Positions 12,642 to 24,728 of a stretch of 64,000 nucleotides of DNA are shown piece by piece. Positions within the stretch are counted from its first letter, which is position 1. Each line of letters opens with the position of its first letter. The DNA is from Squalus acanthias (Eukaryota): NCBI GenBank assembly GCA_030390025.1, contig CM059433.1, forward strand, positions 8,434,001-8,498,000, given 5' to 3'. The notes beneath the pieces were generated by a model that worked only from the letters and a program-made list of their open reading frames with translations, did no database searches and was not told the DNA's origin. A program made the translations under genes and the position numbers.

Positions 12642-13040
12642 CGCGCTCGATTTTCCCCACGGGATGAGCAGAGTTTGTGTATCACAGGGTTCTGGAACCG
12701 TGGCGCCAAAGGAGTAGGAGGGAGACGCTGCCTCATCACCATGGGAACCGGCCGAGCGCGGCTCCTCTGTAGCCTCTGCCTGCAGCACCTGGAACTTCCC
12801 CGAGACCGACACAACCAACCCCTCACCCACACCCTCATGACGTGGCCGCTGCCCCAACTCTTTTGTTACTTTCCAACTGGGATCGGCTCTGAGGTCACAA
12901 GACTCGCCAACGACTCTGTCTGCATTCCCATGGTGTCTTGAGCCCCTCCCCCAGCTCCAGCTGTCCAGTTCTCTGCGCGGCGTTTAATCTGAAGTGCGCG
13001 CGAGCTCTGGGACGTTTGCGTGGCCGCGCGGCCACACACC
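12642..13040. promoter_or_regulatory. CpG-rich, apparently non-repetitive segment; possible promoter
   Basis: Retained CpGs (GCGCGGCG, GCGCGCG, GGCCGCGCGGCC), X-box-like GTTCCCATGGTGAT on the minus strand at ~12735-12748, and TGACGTGG at 12838. Confidence 0.3.
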
Positions 13041-13385
13041 TTAGAGGGAACAGTGGGAAGAACCTATTTCCCTTTGCAAAGAGGTCAATAACCAGGGGGC
13101 ATAGATTTAAAGTCATTGGTAGAAGGATTAGAGGAGATTTGAGGAGAAATGTTTTCACCCAGAGGGTGGTGGGGGTCTGGAACTCACTGCCTGAAAGGGT
13201 GGTAGAGGCAGAGACCCTCATCACATTTAAAAAGTGCTTGGATATGCACTTGAAGTGCTGTAACCTACAGGGCTACAGACCAAGAGCTGAAAAGTGAATT
13301 AGGCTGGAGAGCTCTTTGTCGGCAGGCACGGACACGATGGGCCGAATGACCTCCTCAGTGCCGTAAATCTCTACGATTCTATGAT
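13040..13385 (+). mobile_element. CR1 LINE 3' end
   Basis: TRGHRFKVIGRRIRGDLRRNVFTQRVVGVWNSLPERVVEA; tail TCTACGATTCTATGAT. Confidence 0.9.
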
Positions 13386-13832
13386 TGAATTACTGCAGTG
13401 AAAGTCAACCATTAACAACATGCTGTGCAATGGGTGCATTCTTCCGAGTTGCATTGATAGGACAGAGCGGAGGCAGTTTTACTCTTGATTTAGTGTGTAG
13501 CTGATCTGGAAGTGCTTAATCCCAGTGGTAAGTGTTCCAAAACAGAAAAGTCTTCCATTTCCCAACACTGACATTCTCTCTCCTTAAGAAGTCCAATTTT
13601 TTTTTTAATTCATTAGGTGGAAGAATTATTTAGTTAAATGTTGGTCCTTCGATGTACTTCTGTCGCCACTTTGGCAGGAGCGATCCAGAAAAGCCAGAGT
13701 TAAGGCCAGGGCCCAGCGTGAAGGGTCCCGTCCCGGCCATGTGCCGGAATTGCTGCTTGGCCTTGCGAGGGGTGAAACCTCCGCCTGCCCTTTACAAGAC
13801 TGCTGGTGTAAGGCGGGCGGGGCAGACACCGT

Positions 13833-15750
13833 GGGCTGGATTTTGAATGACCCATGGAGTCGGGTTTGGAGGCGTGTGGGGGGTTAAATTTGCGGGGTCG
13901 GGGTTTCCGACCCCATCCCGACTCCATCCCGCCTCCACACAATTTTGACAAAATCAGTCGCGGGGTTCCCAACTCTCTCCCACCTCCAAGAGGCGGGAGA
14001 GGCCATTACAGCCCTTAACAAGCCCTAAATTGGGTCTGTAATGCTATTTTGAATCGTTGTAGCTAGTTTAACCCTTTTCTGACGTGAAGTACACCTGATG
14101 TGAAACACGCCAGTGAAACCTGGCGGGAGCACAAGTGGATAGCTGACTATGAGCTGCAGGTCCACTATTACAACGGAGATGTGATGAAGGTAGTAGTAGT
14201 ATTAGGTCTGAAAGTCGCCTCTGATGCTGCTGCATTGAATGTCCTTTGTTTGCTTTCCCAGAAGATGTCATTACGCCTTCCTTTTAAGGCAGTCGACAAT
14301 GCCAATATTTGATCTGAAAAGCAAGTCATCGAGCGGCTCCTCGGGGAGCGAGGTTATCCTCTGGAGCCATGACTCACGACACCTTTGAGGGATCCCAAGA
14401 GAGCAGCTGAACCTCGATATAAAGTGCACACCTCCACCAGAGTGAGCATCGAGCGCACCATTTACACGCTGATGCAACGTTGCAGGCGCCTGGCTCAGTC
14501 TCGCAACACAGCTCGGTGAGAGTTTTGAGAAACGTCGCCGTCTGCGCAAATGTACCCTGCATCATCATCATATAGGCCATGGACGAAAACCCTTCGCTGG
14601 CTGCCAGATAGGTTTGCGAAATTCTCACACAGGGGAGAGACTTTCCCAACTTGAAAAGGTGGTCCGCTGTATTAACAGTCCTATCCACGTCATCCCCATG
14701 CCCCCATCCATGTGCCTTCCCCAGCAGCCCCTTCCCTTTTCAGTGCAACTCACAAATCTGCCATTCCTGCCTCCTGATGAGGACTCCCCGTACCCTTTAA
14801 TATCCCAAACCTTGGCAAGAATACTCTCTGTACAAACAACATTGCGCGCCCCTCCATTTTCTACCTTAGTGTTTCCCCTTGGTGACGGTACACGAAGTAT
14901 GTCATTTTAACACTAATCTGGTGTTTTTATCTAAATGCTGCCCAAGTGCCAGGAGCACTTCAAGTGGTTGGCTGTTGTCAGACCTCAGGGTTGGAGTGGC
15001 CTTTGCTGCACAACAGCTGAGCCTTGAGGTGGACCTGCTGCAGGCCCTGCCACCTCCACTGCCGCCTGGTTGACCTGGCCTTTCTGCTTTCTGTCAATTC
15101 TGCAGGCGCCGAAGGAGTTGGTTGAGAGGTTCCGGATGTGCTGATATTCTGAAAGACAGCTGCTGCATCTGGGCCAATTCCAGCCATGCTCCTGCTGCTG
15201 GCCTGAGCCTCACCATGGCCACTGACCGCAGTCCTGTTGGCCCCAATGAGATCAGTGAGTGCTTGTCTCAGGGTTCATTTCCAGCCCAATCCACAATCCT
15301 GTGGAAGCTCGAAGAGGAAAGCCCATTTTCACTCGGGCACTCCAAAAGTCTCTACGGCAGCAGTCATGTGGGAGAGGACCAGCTGTCCTTAAGGCATCTC
15401 ATGAGGGAGGGGCACTGCTGCAAAATGTCCTTGGAGTTGTCACACACTCCAGGATTGCAAAGCCAGCCGGCTTTGGGTCGGGGACTTTTCACTCTGTCCA
15501 TCATCTGCCGCACACTGTTTGACACAAGCTCCCAAAGTCGGCATCGAGGCTCGATGCTCAGAAAGCGTAGTTCTTTTAACAGCAGGAATGATGAGATCTG
15601 GATCTCCTGACTCATTAGCTAAGCTGCACTGGATAGTAGGTACCTTCACCTCCAGTGTCACCACCACTTACCCCTGCTCACTCATGGTGTGTGTCTCACC
15701 CAGTGCACGCTCCTCGAGCTCAGTCTCGAAATCCCCTGGGTGGCACCTCT
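13833..15750 (+). mobile_element. Decayed PIF/Harbinger transposon with transposase remnant
   Basis: ~14255-14500 translates CHYAFLLRQST...LLGERGYPLEP*LTTPLRDP..RYKVHTSTRVSIERTIYTLMQRCRRL, matching HARBI1-type HDAFIL / LLGDxGYPL..WLMTP / R..IERTIGLLKxRFRCL motifs. Begins with a GGGCTGGATTTT terminal repeat; right boundary uncertain. Confidence 0.7.
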
Positions 15751-15764
15751 GAGCTGGTGCAAAA

Positions 15765-16215
15765 AAAAAAGAAAGACTTGCATTTATATAGCGCCTTTCA
15801 CGACCACCGGACGTCTCAAAGCACTTTATAATGAAGTGTAGTCACTGTCGTAATGTGGGAAACTCGGCAGCCAATTTGCGCACAGCAAGCTCCCACAAAC
15901 AGCAATGTGATAATGACCAGACAATCTGTTATTGTTATGTGGGTTGAGGGATAAATATTGGCCCCAGGACACCTCCCCTGCTCTTCTTCGAAATAGTGCC
16001 CATGGGGATCTTTTACATCCACCTGAGAGGGCAGACGGGGCCTCAGTTTAACGTCTCATCCGAAAGATGGCACCTCCAACAGTGCAGCGCTCCCTCAGCA
16101 CTGCACTGGGAGTGTCAGCCTAGCTTTATGTGCTCAAGTCCCTGGAGTGGGGACTGTGAACCCACAACCTTCTGACTCAGAGGCGAGTGTGCTACCCACT
16201 GAGCCACAGCTGACA
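15765..16215 (-). mobile_element. Full-length DeuSINE/SacSINE1-like SINE
   Basis: tRNA head GTGGCTCAGTGGGTAGC, Deu-like core and L2-type tail AAAGGCGCTATATAAATGCAAGTCTTTC. Confidence 0.85.
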
Positions 16216-16589
16216 CAGAAGAGATACGTAAGTGATAAAGTGAGGGACAAAGTGTGTGATGGCACTTGGTGGGAAGCATTTGCTGGAAATAGACTCTTCT
16301 TCCTCAAGCAGATCTAGGAAAGAGGAAGACAAGTTACACCAGTATCTCGATGAGTAGACTTTACATTTAACTTGCAGCAGAAGAAGTAATATGTGATAGA
16401 CCATCATATGTTTGCTGACAGTAAATGAGAGGAACAGTCCATTAGAAGACACACAAGCAGAAGTACCAGTTCCTTTAAACTGCGACCGGAATTTAAATCC
16501 TGTCGCTGCATGCGTTTTCCCATCACCACCGAGAGGTGAGTTCCCAATCCGAGGCAGCACTGATGGCCGGAGCGCACCCAGAATATTAT

Positions 16590-16859
16590 TACAAAAGCAA
16601 AATACTGCGGATGCTGGAAATCTGAAATTAAAACAGAAAATGCTGGAAACACTCAGCAGGTCAGGCAGCATCTGTAGAGAGAAAGAGAAACAAGAGTTAA
16701 CGTTTCAGGTCTGTGACCTGTCGTTAGACTGGCCGAAAGATTCTGATGCAGTTCTGACGAAAGGTCACCGACCTGAAACGTTAACTCTTGTTTCTCTCTC
16801 TCTCCACAGATGCTGCCTGGCCTGCTGAGTGTTTCCAGCATTTTCTGTTTTTATCCCAT
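16590..16859. mobile_element. Penelope-like palindromic remnant with hammerhead motif
   Basis: ~100-bp inverted arms (16630-16730 and 16750-16850); candidate 8-bp TSD AATATTAT (16582-16589 and 16860-16867). Confidence 0.7.
16750..16786 (+). ncRNA. Minimal type I hammerhead ribozyme motif
   Basis: AGTT-CTGACGA-a-AGGTC acc GACCT-GAAA-CG-TT-AACT: intact CUGANGA/GAAA core, 5-bp stem II, 4-bp stem I, palindromic ACGT stem III. Confidence 0.6.
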
Positions 16860-18145
16860 AATATTATGATGAGGCCGATCCCGTAGATTACTGTGGAATC
16901 GGTGATTAGCTTGTCGAGCGGACGCACATCACACGTCGCCCTATTTCCAGTCAGGTGGCTGCCCAATTGCAAAAATTAGGCTATTGATCGGTTTGCTTCT
17001 CATTTCAATTGCCCCGTCACAAATAGAATATTGCACAAGGTTCAGTGCATTACGGAAATAAAAGGCGAGATTGCTTAAGAGACACAGCAGGGCAATCAAC
17101 ATCGGAAAGACAAAAGATGAATGTGTAGCCTTCCATCAGCACAGCAGAAGGGTTCCACTGTTCTCCTATCTCAGATGATGATCAACTCGCTGTGTATTTC
17201 TGCTTTGTGATTTCGGAGTTGCAGCTTTCAGTTATCTTTTCGGTCTCAGCATATTACTGGTTTTCTTCCCTTGTGAAAAAGAGCTTAAAACGCATTCTCA
17301 GGAACTCCAGGAATGAATCATGTGTCTTTTTTTCACAAGTGATTATGGGTCCTTACTAATGGTGAAATTAATCCAATGACACACAGCAGTACAAACATTC
17401 GTTATTTCCATATCCCTCAAGCATGCAAATTATCACGTACTAACTTTCACCACCACTGTTCTAATTGATTATTTATTAAATATTCAAGTGCATTTTGACG
17501 TCTGTGCTTAATCCATTGGGTGATTTGTATTCAGTGATTTTTCTTCTTCCAGCTTCAGGAATGATTACATTACTGACAGTGAAGAACTTTCGCTGCAACA
17601 CAGCCACTACAGTTTTTCTCTAATTAGAGGAAGCAGTCATTCCATTACGCACCATCTCCCTGGATTGGACAAAAAAAAAGCCATTAATTCTCCGCCAACC
17701 CCCCCCCCCCCCCAAAGCACCGCTGGTTATCGATCTGAATACTGAGTGATGCAAATGTACACTGCAAATGAGGGCGGTCAGAAAGAAAAGATCCCACAGG
17801 GGGAATCAATACATAGCAAAGGGTAATGGGACTTGTGTTCAGATAGCTGTGCACAGCTCACTGAATACTAACACCTGCCTGAAGCACTCAGAACTGGTCA
17901 TTGGCTGGCTACAATCATTTAAAGAAAAAATTACACCAGATGAACATTGACTAGAGTCAGCACAGAAACGCACGTTATCTTTTTCGGGTGCATGAAATAT
18001 GTCTTTGTATAATTTTTCACCCATTTCTCTCCTTTCTTCAGGAGAGAGGGTGTTGATAGGGCAGCAAACATTGGGGCTCGCATACATTAAAATCAGCAGT
18101 AACGTTACAGTGTCATTATCAGATATCGCAGGTCATCTGAAGTGC

Positions 18146-19150
18146 TGTAGGAGTTCCTCAGGGCAGTGTCCTAGGCCCAACCATCTTCAGCTGCTTCATC
18201 AATGACCTTCCCTCCATCATAAGGTCAGAAATGAGGATGTTCGCTGATGACTGCACAGTGTTCAGTGCCATTCAGCAACTCCTCAGATAATGAAGCAGTC
18301 CATGCCCGCATGCAACAAGACCTGGACGACGTTCAGGCTTGGGCTGATAAGTGGCAGGTAACATTCGCGCCACACAAGTGCCAGGCAATGACTATCTCCA
18401 ACAAGCGATGGTCTAACCACCATCCCTTGACATTAAATGGCATTACCATCACCGAATCCCCCACCATCAACATCCTGGGGGTCACCATTGACCAGAACTT
18501 AACTGGACCAGCCACATAAATACCGTGGCAACAAGAGCAGGTCAGAGGCTGGGTATTCTGCGGCAAGTGACTCATCTCCTGACTCCCCAAAGCCTTTCTA
18601 CCATCTACAAGGTATAAGTATGGAGTGTAATGGAATACTCTCCACTTGCCTGGATGAGTGCAGCTCCAACAACACTCAGGAAGCTCGACACCATCCAAGA
18701 CAAAGCAGCCCGCTTGATTGGCACCACATCCACCACCTTAAACATTCACTCCCTTCACCACCAGCGTACCGTGGCTGCAGTGTGTACCATCTACAAGATG
18801 CACCGCAACAACTCGCCAAGGCTTCTTCGGCAGCACCTCCCAAACCCGCGACCTCTTCCACCTAGAAGGACAAGGGCAGCAGGCGCATGGGACACCACCA
18901 CCTCCAAGTTTCCCTCCAAGTCACACACCATCCTGACTTGGGAGTATATCGCCGATCCTTCATCATCGCTGGGTCAAAATCCTGGAACTCCCTCCCTAAC
19001 AGCACTGTGGGAGCACCTTCACCGCACGGACTGCAGCGGTTCAAGAAGGCGGCTCACCACCACCTTTCTCAAGGGCAATTAGGGATGGGCAATAAATGCT
19101 GGCCTTGCCAGCGACGCCCACATCCCATAAACGAATAAAAAAAATAAAAA
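18146..19150 (+). mobile_element. 5'-truncated copy of the tRNA-headed CR1-group LINE
   Basis: [37 protein letters not shown]; 3' UTR and poly(A). Confidence 0.9.
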
Positions 19151-19219
19151 GAATTTGACTGCAAACTGATCTCAGGGCCGAGTTCAAATCCTTCCAAAAT
19201 AATTCAGTTGCCAAATGTT

Positions 19220-20572
19220 GGCTGGAATTTTCCAGGGGGAGGGAGGTGGGTCAATGGGCGGGATTGGTGGCGGGACGGGTGGGAAATTTGATATTTTTGA
19301 CAGCGAAAGTAAAGAAAGAAAGACTTGCATTTATATAGCGCCTTTCACGACCATCGGACATCTCAAAGCGCTTTACAGCCAATGAAATACTTTTTGAAGT
19401 GGAGTCACTGTTGTAATGTCATCTCGCTCCCACCCGCCTTTCCCGATGTCGAGTCTGTCAGCGCTGAGCAGACCCGACAGGCAGCGGTGGGCAACCCAAT
19501 TCAGGTCATTATTGGCTTATTTAGAGCCACTTAAAAATGATTTTTAGCTTACCTTTTGCATTTGACAGCTCGCCCACAGGATTCACGCTGGTCGTGTACC
19601 ACGTCTGTCAAGCTGAGGCGGGAGTTCAGTGGCCATTGCTCCAGCTGATTCCTTGACAGCTTCAAATGTAAAGTAAAAGCTCCCACCTTACAGAGATATC
19701 TTGCCTCAGCCACAAGCTCTTCCTCACTGCATTTCCATAACAGATTCACCATGCTGCAAGTCTCTACACAAGTCTCCATCCAGTCTGACCTCATTACCTG
19801 TCTCACCATTGACAGATCGCTTCTGTCATCTCTACTTCACCTGCCATCTATTCCATCGGCATGGGTGCCCTTGAAACTCTCTCACCTTGGTCCTCAGAAT
19901 CCCACCACGATCAGCCCCAACACCAGCAGCACCAACAACCACACCAACCTTCTCCGCAATCACCTGATGCTGCACAGGACACAGGGCATCAGCACCCGAC
20001 CACATTGCTGCCCGGGAGGCCAGGGATGGCTCACCATGGCCACATTTACTTCACTTGACGCTGTAAACACTGATTGCCAAATGAAGCGCCAGGTTGGCAC
20101 CACCCCACACCAGCACCATAAAGCATCCCTACAATGCCCAAGCCATTCCTTTCACATTCGTCACCATTGCGGGGGGTACCGTTATGTCTCACCATTCACT
20201 GCAACTCACTGAGCCACTTCCAAAGGTGCACACAAATCTGTCCAAGAACGCAAAGTGTTGAAAATAAAGGTTTCAATGTTTGACACCACAATAACAGAAA
20301 CTTTACACAAACATGTATAAAGGTAAGTTTGTGTGATTAAGGATGTGCAGGAGTAGGGTAGGGAAGGCAGAGCGATGGGGATGTGACGAGAGGCACAGCA
20401 GGATGAGGTTGAGTGTGGCTTTGTACTAACGCTTCGTGATCTACTGAGATCATTGAAACGTTTGCGGCACTGCACCCAGGTCCTCCTGACCACATCCGTG
20501 CTTGTGCCCTCCTGTGCAATGTGCAACCAGGCTGTGTTGATCTCCTTGGGAGGTCTCTTCCGCCGGTCAAAC
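19220..20572 (-). mobile_element. Non-autonomous Harbinger derivative with Myb/SANT exon remnant
   Basis: RKRPPKEINTAWLHIAQEGTSTDVVRRTWVQCRKRFNDLSRS; inverted homolog of 28587-30361; contains a SINE tail at ~19310-19418. Confidence 0.8.
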
Positions 20573-20864
20573 CTTTTACGGAGGCTGTGTGCCTCCATTT
20601 TAAGTGTTTCTATTTTTAACCCATGTTGGCCGGGTTTGCTGGGCCTCAGGAATCCCGGCAGGTAAAAGGAGGCGAGAAGGGCTGGACCCGTAAGGCAAGT
20701 GCCTTTACAGCACTGCTTGAGGGCCAGGAGGAGCAGGAGTGGTTCCTCTCAGCCCAACAAGCTCCTCTGTAAACCCCGCTGCGATCTGTCTGCTCCCTCC
20801 CCCTGCGATCGGACCCTCCAACCACCACCTCCAGCCCCCCATGATCTCTCCCCCCACCCGACCA

Positions 20865-21540
20865 CAACCATGACCTCGCTCCCCCTGACCACCGTCTCTC
20901 CCCCGACCACCGTCTCTCTCCCCCTGACCACCATCTCGCTCCCCCCTGACCACCGTCTCTCTCCTCCGACCACCATCTCTCTCCCCCGACCACCGTCTCT
21001 CTCCTCTGACCACCATCTTGCTCCCCCCGACCACTGTCTCTCTCCCCCGACCACCATCTCGCTCCCCCCCGACCACCGTCTCCTCCCTACCGACCACCGT
21101 CTCTCTCCTCCGACCACCATCTCTCTCCCCCCCGACCACCATCTCTCTCCCCCCCGACCACCATCTCGCTCCCCCCCGACCACCATCTCCTCCCCACCGA
21201 CCACCATCTCTCTCCCCCGACCACCATCTCGCTCCCCCCCGACCACCATCTCCTCCCCACCGACCACCATCTCTCTCCCCCGACCACCATCTCGCTCCCC
21301 CCCGACCACCATCTCCTCCCCCCCGACCACCGTCTCTCCCCACCGACCACCGTCTCTCCCCACCGACCACCATCTCTCTCCCCCGACCACCATCTCGCTC
21401 CCCCCCGACCACCATCTCCTCCCCCCCGACCACCATCTCCTCCCCCCCGACCACCATCTCTCCCCACCGACCACCGTCTCTCCCCACCGACCACCATCTC
21501 TCTCCCCCCCGACCACCATCTCTCTCCCCCGACCACCATC
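20865..21540. repeat. C-rich ~19-22 bp minisatellite (CCGACCACCATCTCTCTCCCC) inside a MITE-like element (20573-21648)
   Basis: Direct tandem repetition; host element ends ...GTAAATATCCGAGCC. Confidence 0.93.
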
Positions 21541-22059
21541 GGGCGGGAAACCTGCACAAAAAAGTTAAAAGACGCAGGACTTCCAGATTTCCCGTCCATA
21601 ACTCCTCCACCCCCACTCCGAACACGCAGCCCCGTAAATATCCGAGCCTAAAGGTCATATGTTATAATGAAGGATGCAAATAAATAACATACTAATTCAG
21701 TAAATGGCTTCAAGGCTTTATTAAAGGTGCTGTAAATGATCACAATGTATATCGGTGGCTATGGTACCTACAGGAAATAAACTAACAAGCAGTATAATAA
21801 TGTTTTCCATTTTTATTACCTGGATCACATTTTCTTTTCGAACCTACGATAATGAATAATCCATCACAAAATCATGTTCCATTGGGTTAAAGCAGCTTAG
21901 CATTGTAAATATTACAAACAAAAGCATTTATATGCTCTGTTATATCATACAAGTGGGCATATTTCACACAAACCTTATATCAACACATGATTTTTCAATC
22001 AACATATTAAGCACAGAACTCTTTAACAGATGAGTTATCAGTTGAGCTTCAGTATCAGT

Positions 22060-22526
22060 CCCGTTCGTCCATCACCCCCTGTGGCCGCTGACCTACATTG
22101 GCTCCCGGTTAAGCAACGCCTCGACTTCAAAATTCTCATCCTTGTTTTCAAATCCCTCCATGGCCTCGCCCCTTCCTATCTCTGTAATCTCCTTCAGCCC
22201 CAATCCCCCCCAAGATATCTGCGCTCCTCTATTCTGCCCGAGCATCCCTGATTATAATCGCTCCACCATTGGTGGCTGTGCCTTCAGTTGCCTGGGCCCT
22301 AAGCTCTGGAATTCCCTGCCTAAACCTCTCCGCCTCGCTACCTCTCTCTCCTCCTTTAAGACGCTCCTTAAAACCTACCTCTTTGACCAAGCTTTTGGTC
22401 ACCTGCCCTAATTTATCCTTATGTGGCTCAGTGTCAAATCTTTTGTCTTAAAATACTCCTGTGCAGCACCTTGGGAGGTTTTACTACGTTAAAGGCGCTA
22501 TATAAAGACAAGTTGTTGTTGTTGTT
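22060..22526 (+). mobile_element. 5'-truncated L2 LINE
   Basis: DLHWLPVKQRLDFKILILVFKSLHGLAPSYLCNLL..AFSCLGPKLWNSLP..FKTLLKTYLF; (GTT)n tail. Confidence 0.92.
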
Positions 22527-23042
22527 TTACAATCAACATATTAAGCATAGAACTCTTTAACAGATGAGTTATCAGTCGGGGTTACAGGTAGTGTAGAGGC
22601 ATTTCCCATAGCACGGTCCCAACTTGTTAGATTGTCTATGGATGGTTTTAGGAAGTTACATTCTACGGTATCTAGGCCGCAAGAGAGCTGGTAAATGCAG
22701 TGGGAATGGAAACACAGCAGACCTGTTACACACACAAACTGAGAAAAGCATCATCAGATTCTGCTCAGACCCCACTTCTACAAGTGGGTGACACGCCGAT
22801 CGAGTTTTCACATACTTTGAGCCGTTGCCCATTTAACCGTTCGTTCAGCATTTCCTGGGGAGGCAACGTTTTGTGTGGTGGGACCAAGATAGCACGCACA
22901 AGCGAAGCACCAGCTTACCGATGAAAGAAAGACTTGCATTTGAGGCCACAGTCATGCCGATTTCTGGGCGGGCTTCGATCCAAGACGGCCAGAGCTCCTG
23001 CCAAAATTAGGCGGCTGCCTCATCAATAAATGCAAGTTGGGA

Positions 23043-23495
23043 TCATAAGAACATGAGAAATAGGAGCAGGAGTCGGCCATTCGGCCCCTCGAGCCTGCTC
23101 CGCCATTCAATGAGATCATGGCTGATCTTCTGCCTCAACTCCACTCACCGGCCCTATCGCCATATCCCTTGATGCCCTTACTAGTCAGAAATCTATCAAC
23201 TTCTGTTTTGAATATACCCAATGACTGAGCCTCCACAGCCCTCTGGGGTAGAGAATTCCAAAGATTCACCACCCTCTGTGTGAAGAAATTTCTTCTCATC
23301 TCAGTCCTGAATGGCCTACCCTTTATCCTGAGGTTGTGGTCCCTGGTTCTAGACTCCCCAGCCAAGGGAAACATTCTCCCAGCATCCATCCTATCAAGCC
23401 ATGTAATAATTTTGTATGCTTCAATGAGATCCCCTCTCATTCTTCTGAATTCAAGAGAATACAGACCTAGTTTACTCAATCTCTTCTCATACGAC
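23043..23495 (-). mobile_element. CR1 LINE 3' end
   Basis: SYEKRLSKLGLYSLEFRRMRGDLIE..NFFTQRVVNLWNSLPQ. Confidence 0.92.
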
Positions 23496-23999
23496 TTCAT
23501 CAAATGAAGTAGTTATGACCCCAACATGATTTTTGTCTCTGCCCATCTGACTTCCTGCTCCCTCCCCCAAACCATGGATAATACAGATTGGGAGGTGGCC
23601 ACTTTCAGTGATTACTTAGAGGGATCCTCAGCTGTTCTCAGACAAAACTGTCGAAGGTTTTGGAAGACATTTTGCTTGCATTCGATGGTCTGATTTCAAA
23701 GTGCTTGGAATTGCCTGCTGGACCTTCTGAATTCCTTCAGGGCTTCTGGAAATGTACTTATTTCTTCATGGGGGTCATTCTGGGAATCTCACTCTGGCAA
23801 GAGGAGGAGGAGGAGGAAGGAGCAGGCAGAGTTATAGCTCGAGGGAGGCGAGCTCTCTCACACCCCCTCCGCCCCACTCATGCAAATACCTCACTCCCCC
23901 CACCCCCAAAACAAATCACAGATTTTCAGGCCCGTGCTTTCCAACAGTCTCACTGAAAACCAACAACACTGATCTCTCAGCTATCACATTTAATATAAT

Positions 24000-24728
24000 G
24001 ACCTGTATTTTCCGATCCCTACGGGTGGGTACGGGCTGTGTAAACACCCGTAGGGACATTGGAAGTGCCGGTTTCAGGCGGGCGAAGCGCATGCGCTGAA
24101 AACCAGCATTTCTGATCTGTCAAGAATCAATCCTCTGCGGGGGGGAGAGTTCCGCTTTCTGCAGAACCTCCGCCCGCTGAAAACCCTTAAAAATCTTACG
24201 TCTGGTAAAAGCCTGCGTAAGGCCTGCTTTTAACAGCATAAGAGATTAAAAAAGTAAAAAAATAACTTTTTTCACTCATTTATAATGTAAAAATACTTTT
24301 AAAAAAGGTAAGTTTTTTTTAGCCCTGTAAAAAACTAATTATTTTTCTCAAAATTTTTTATTTTTGTTTAAAATATTTAATTTAATGTAATTTTAACTCA
24401 TTTTAAAAATGTGATTTTAAAATTTTTTTTATTTAATGTGTCTTTTTTCAGTGATCCCCATTCATACTTTTGACAGGTGTGTGCGGAGAGACCTGAAAAG
24501 TGTGCAGGGGGATTCCCTTCTTTGATTGGTTCCCCATGGCCCATGTGATCCCAGGGACGCTTGTGAACCGCCTGCGCCCCTGGGATACCTGGGCCTCTGC
24601 GCACGCGGACTAGGAGAGGTCCAGGAGCGGAAGTCTCGGGACCTCGGGAGCCCTCAGGTAAGGGCGTAGATTTTTTCCCGATAGGAGGCCTCCGCACGCA
24701 GGAAGCCTCCTATCGGAAATTACGGGCC
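24000..24728 (+). mobile_element. ~730-bp MITE (Harbinger-like TIR)
   Basis: Imperfect TIRs GACCTGTATTTTCCGAT / ATCGGAAATTACGGGCC; AT-rich core; homologous to the elements at 47373, 49544 and 50334. Confidence 0.7.

Noticed and set aside
11691..12941. Periodic GPAQDWPRSGLAPLR ORFs
   Set aside because: Translation of a 16-bp tandem repeat in all three frames.
12870..12941. GIGSEVTRLANDSVCIPM resembling a SpoU/TrmH methyltransferase motif
   Set aside because: Too short, followed by a stop, lacks the SLNV motif and convincing splice sites.
17839..18087. 82-aa minus-strand ORF in apparently unique DNA
   Set aside because: No recognisable homology or clear splice context.
20646..21683. Extensin-like Pro/Thr-rich ORFs
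   Set aside because: Minisatellite artefact.
21700..22722. Possible minus-strand terminal exon (acceptor ~22722, AATAAA ~21717)
   Set aside because: Frame ambiguous, no recognisable protein and no linked upstream coding exons.
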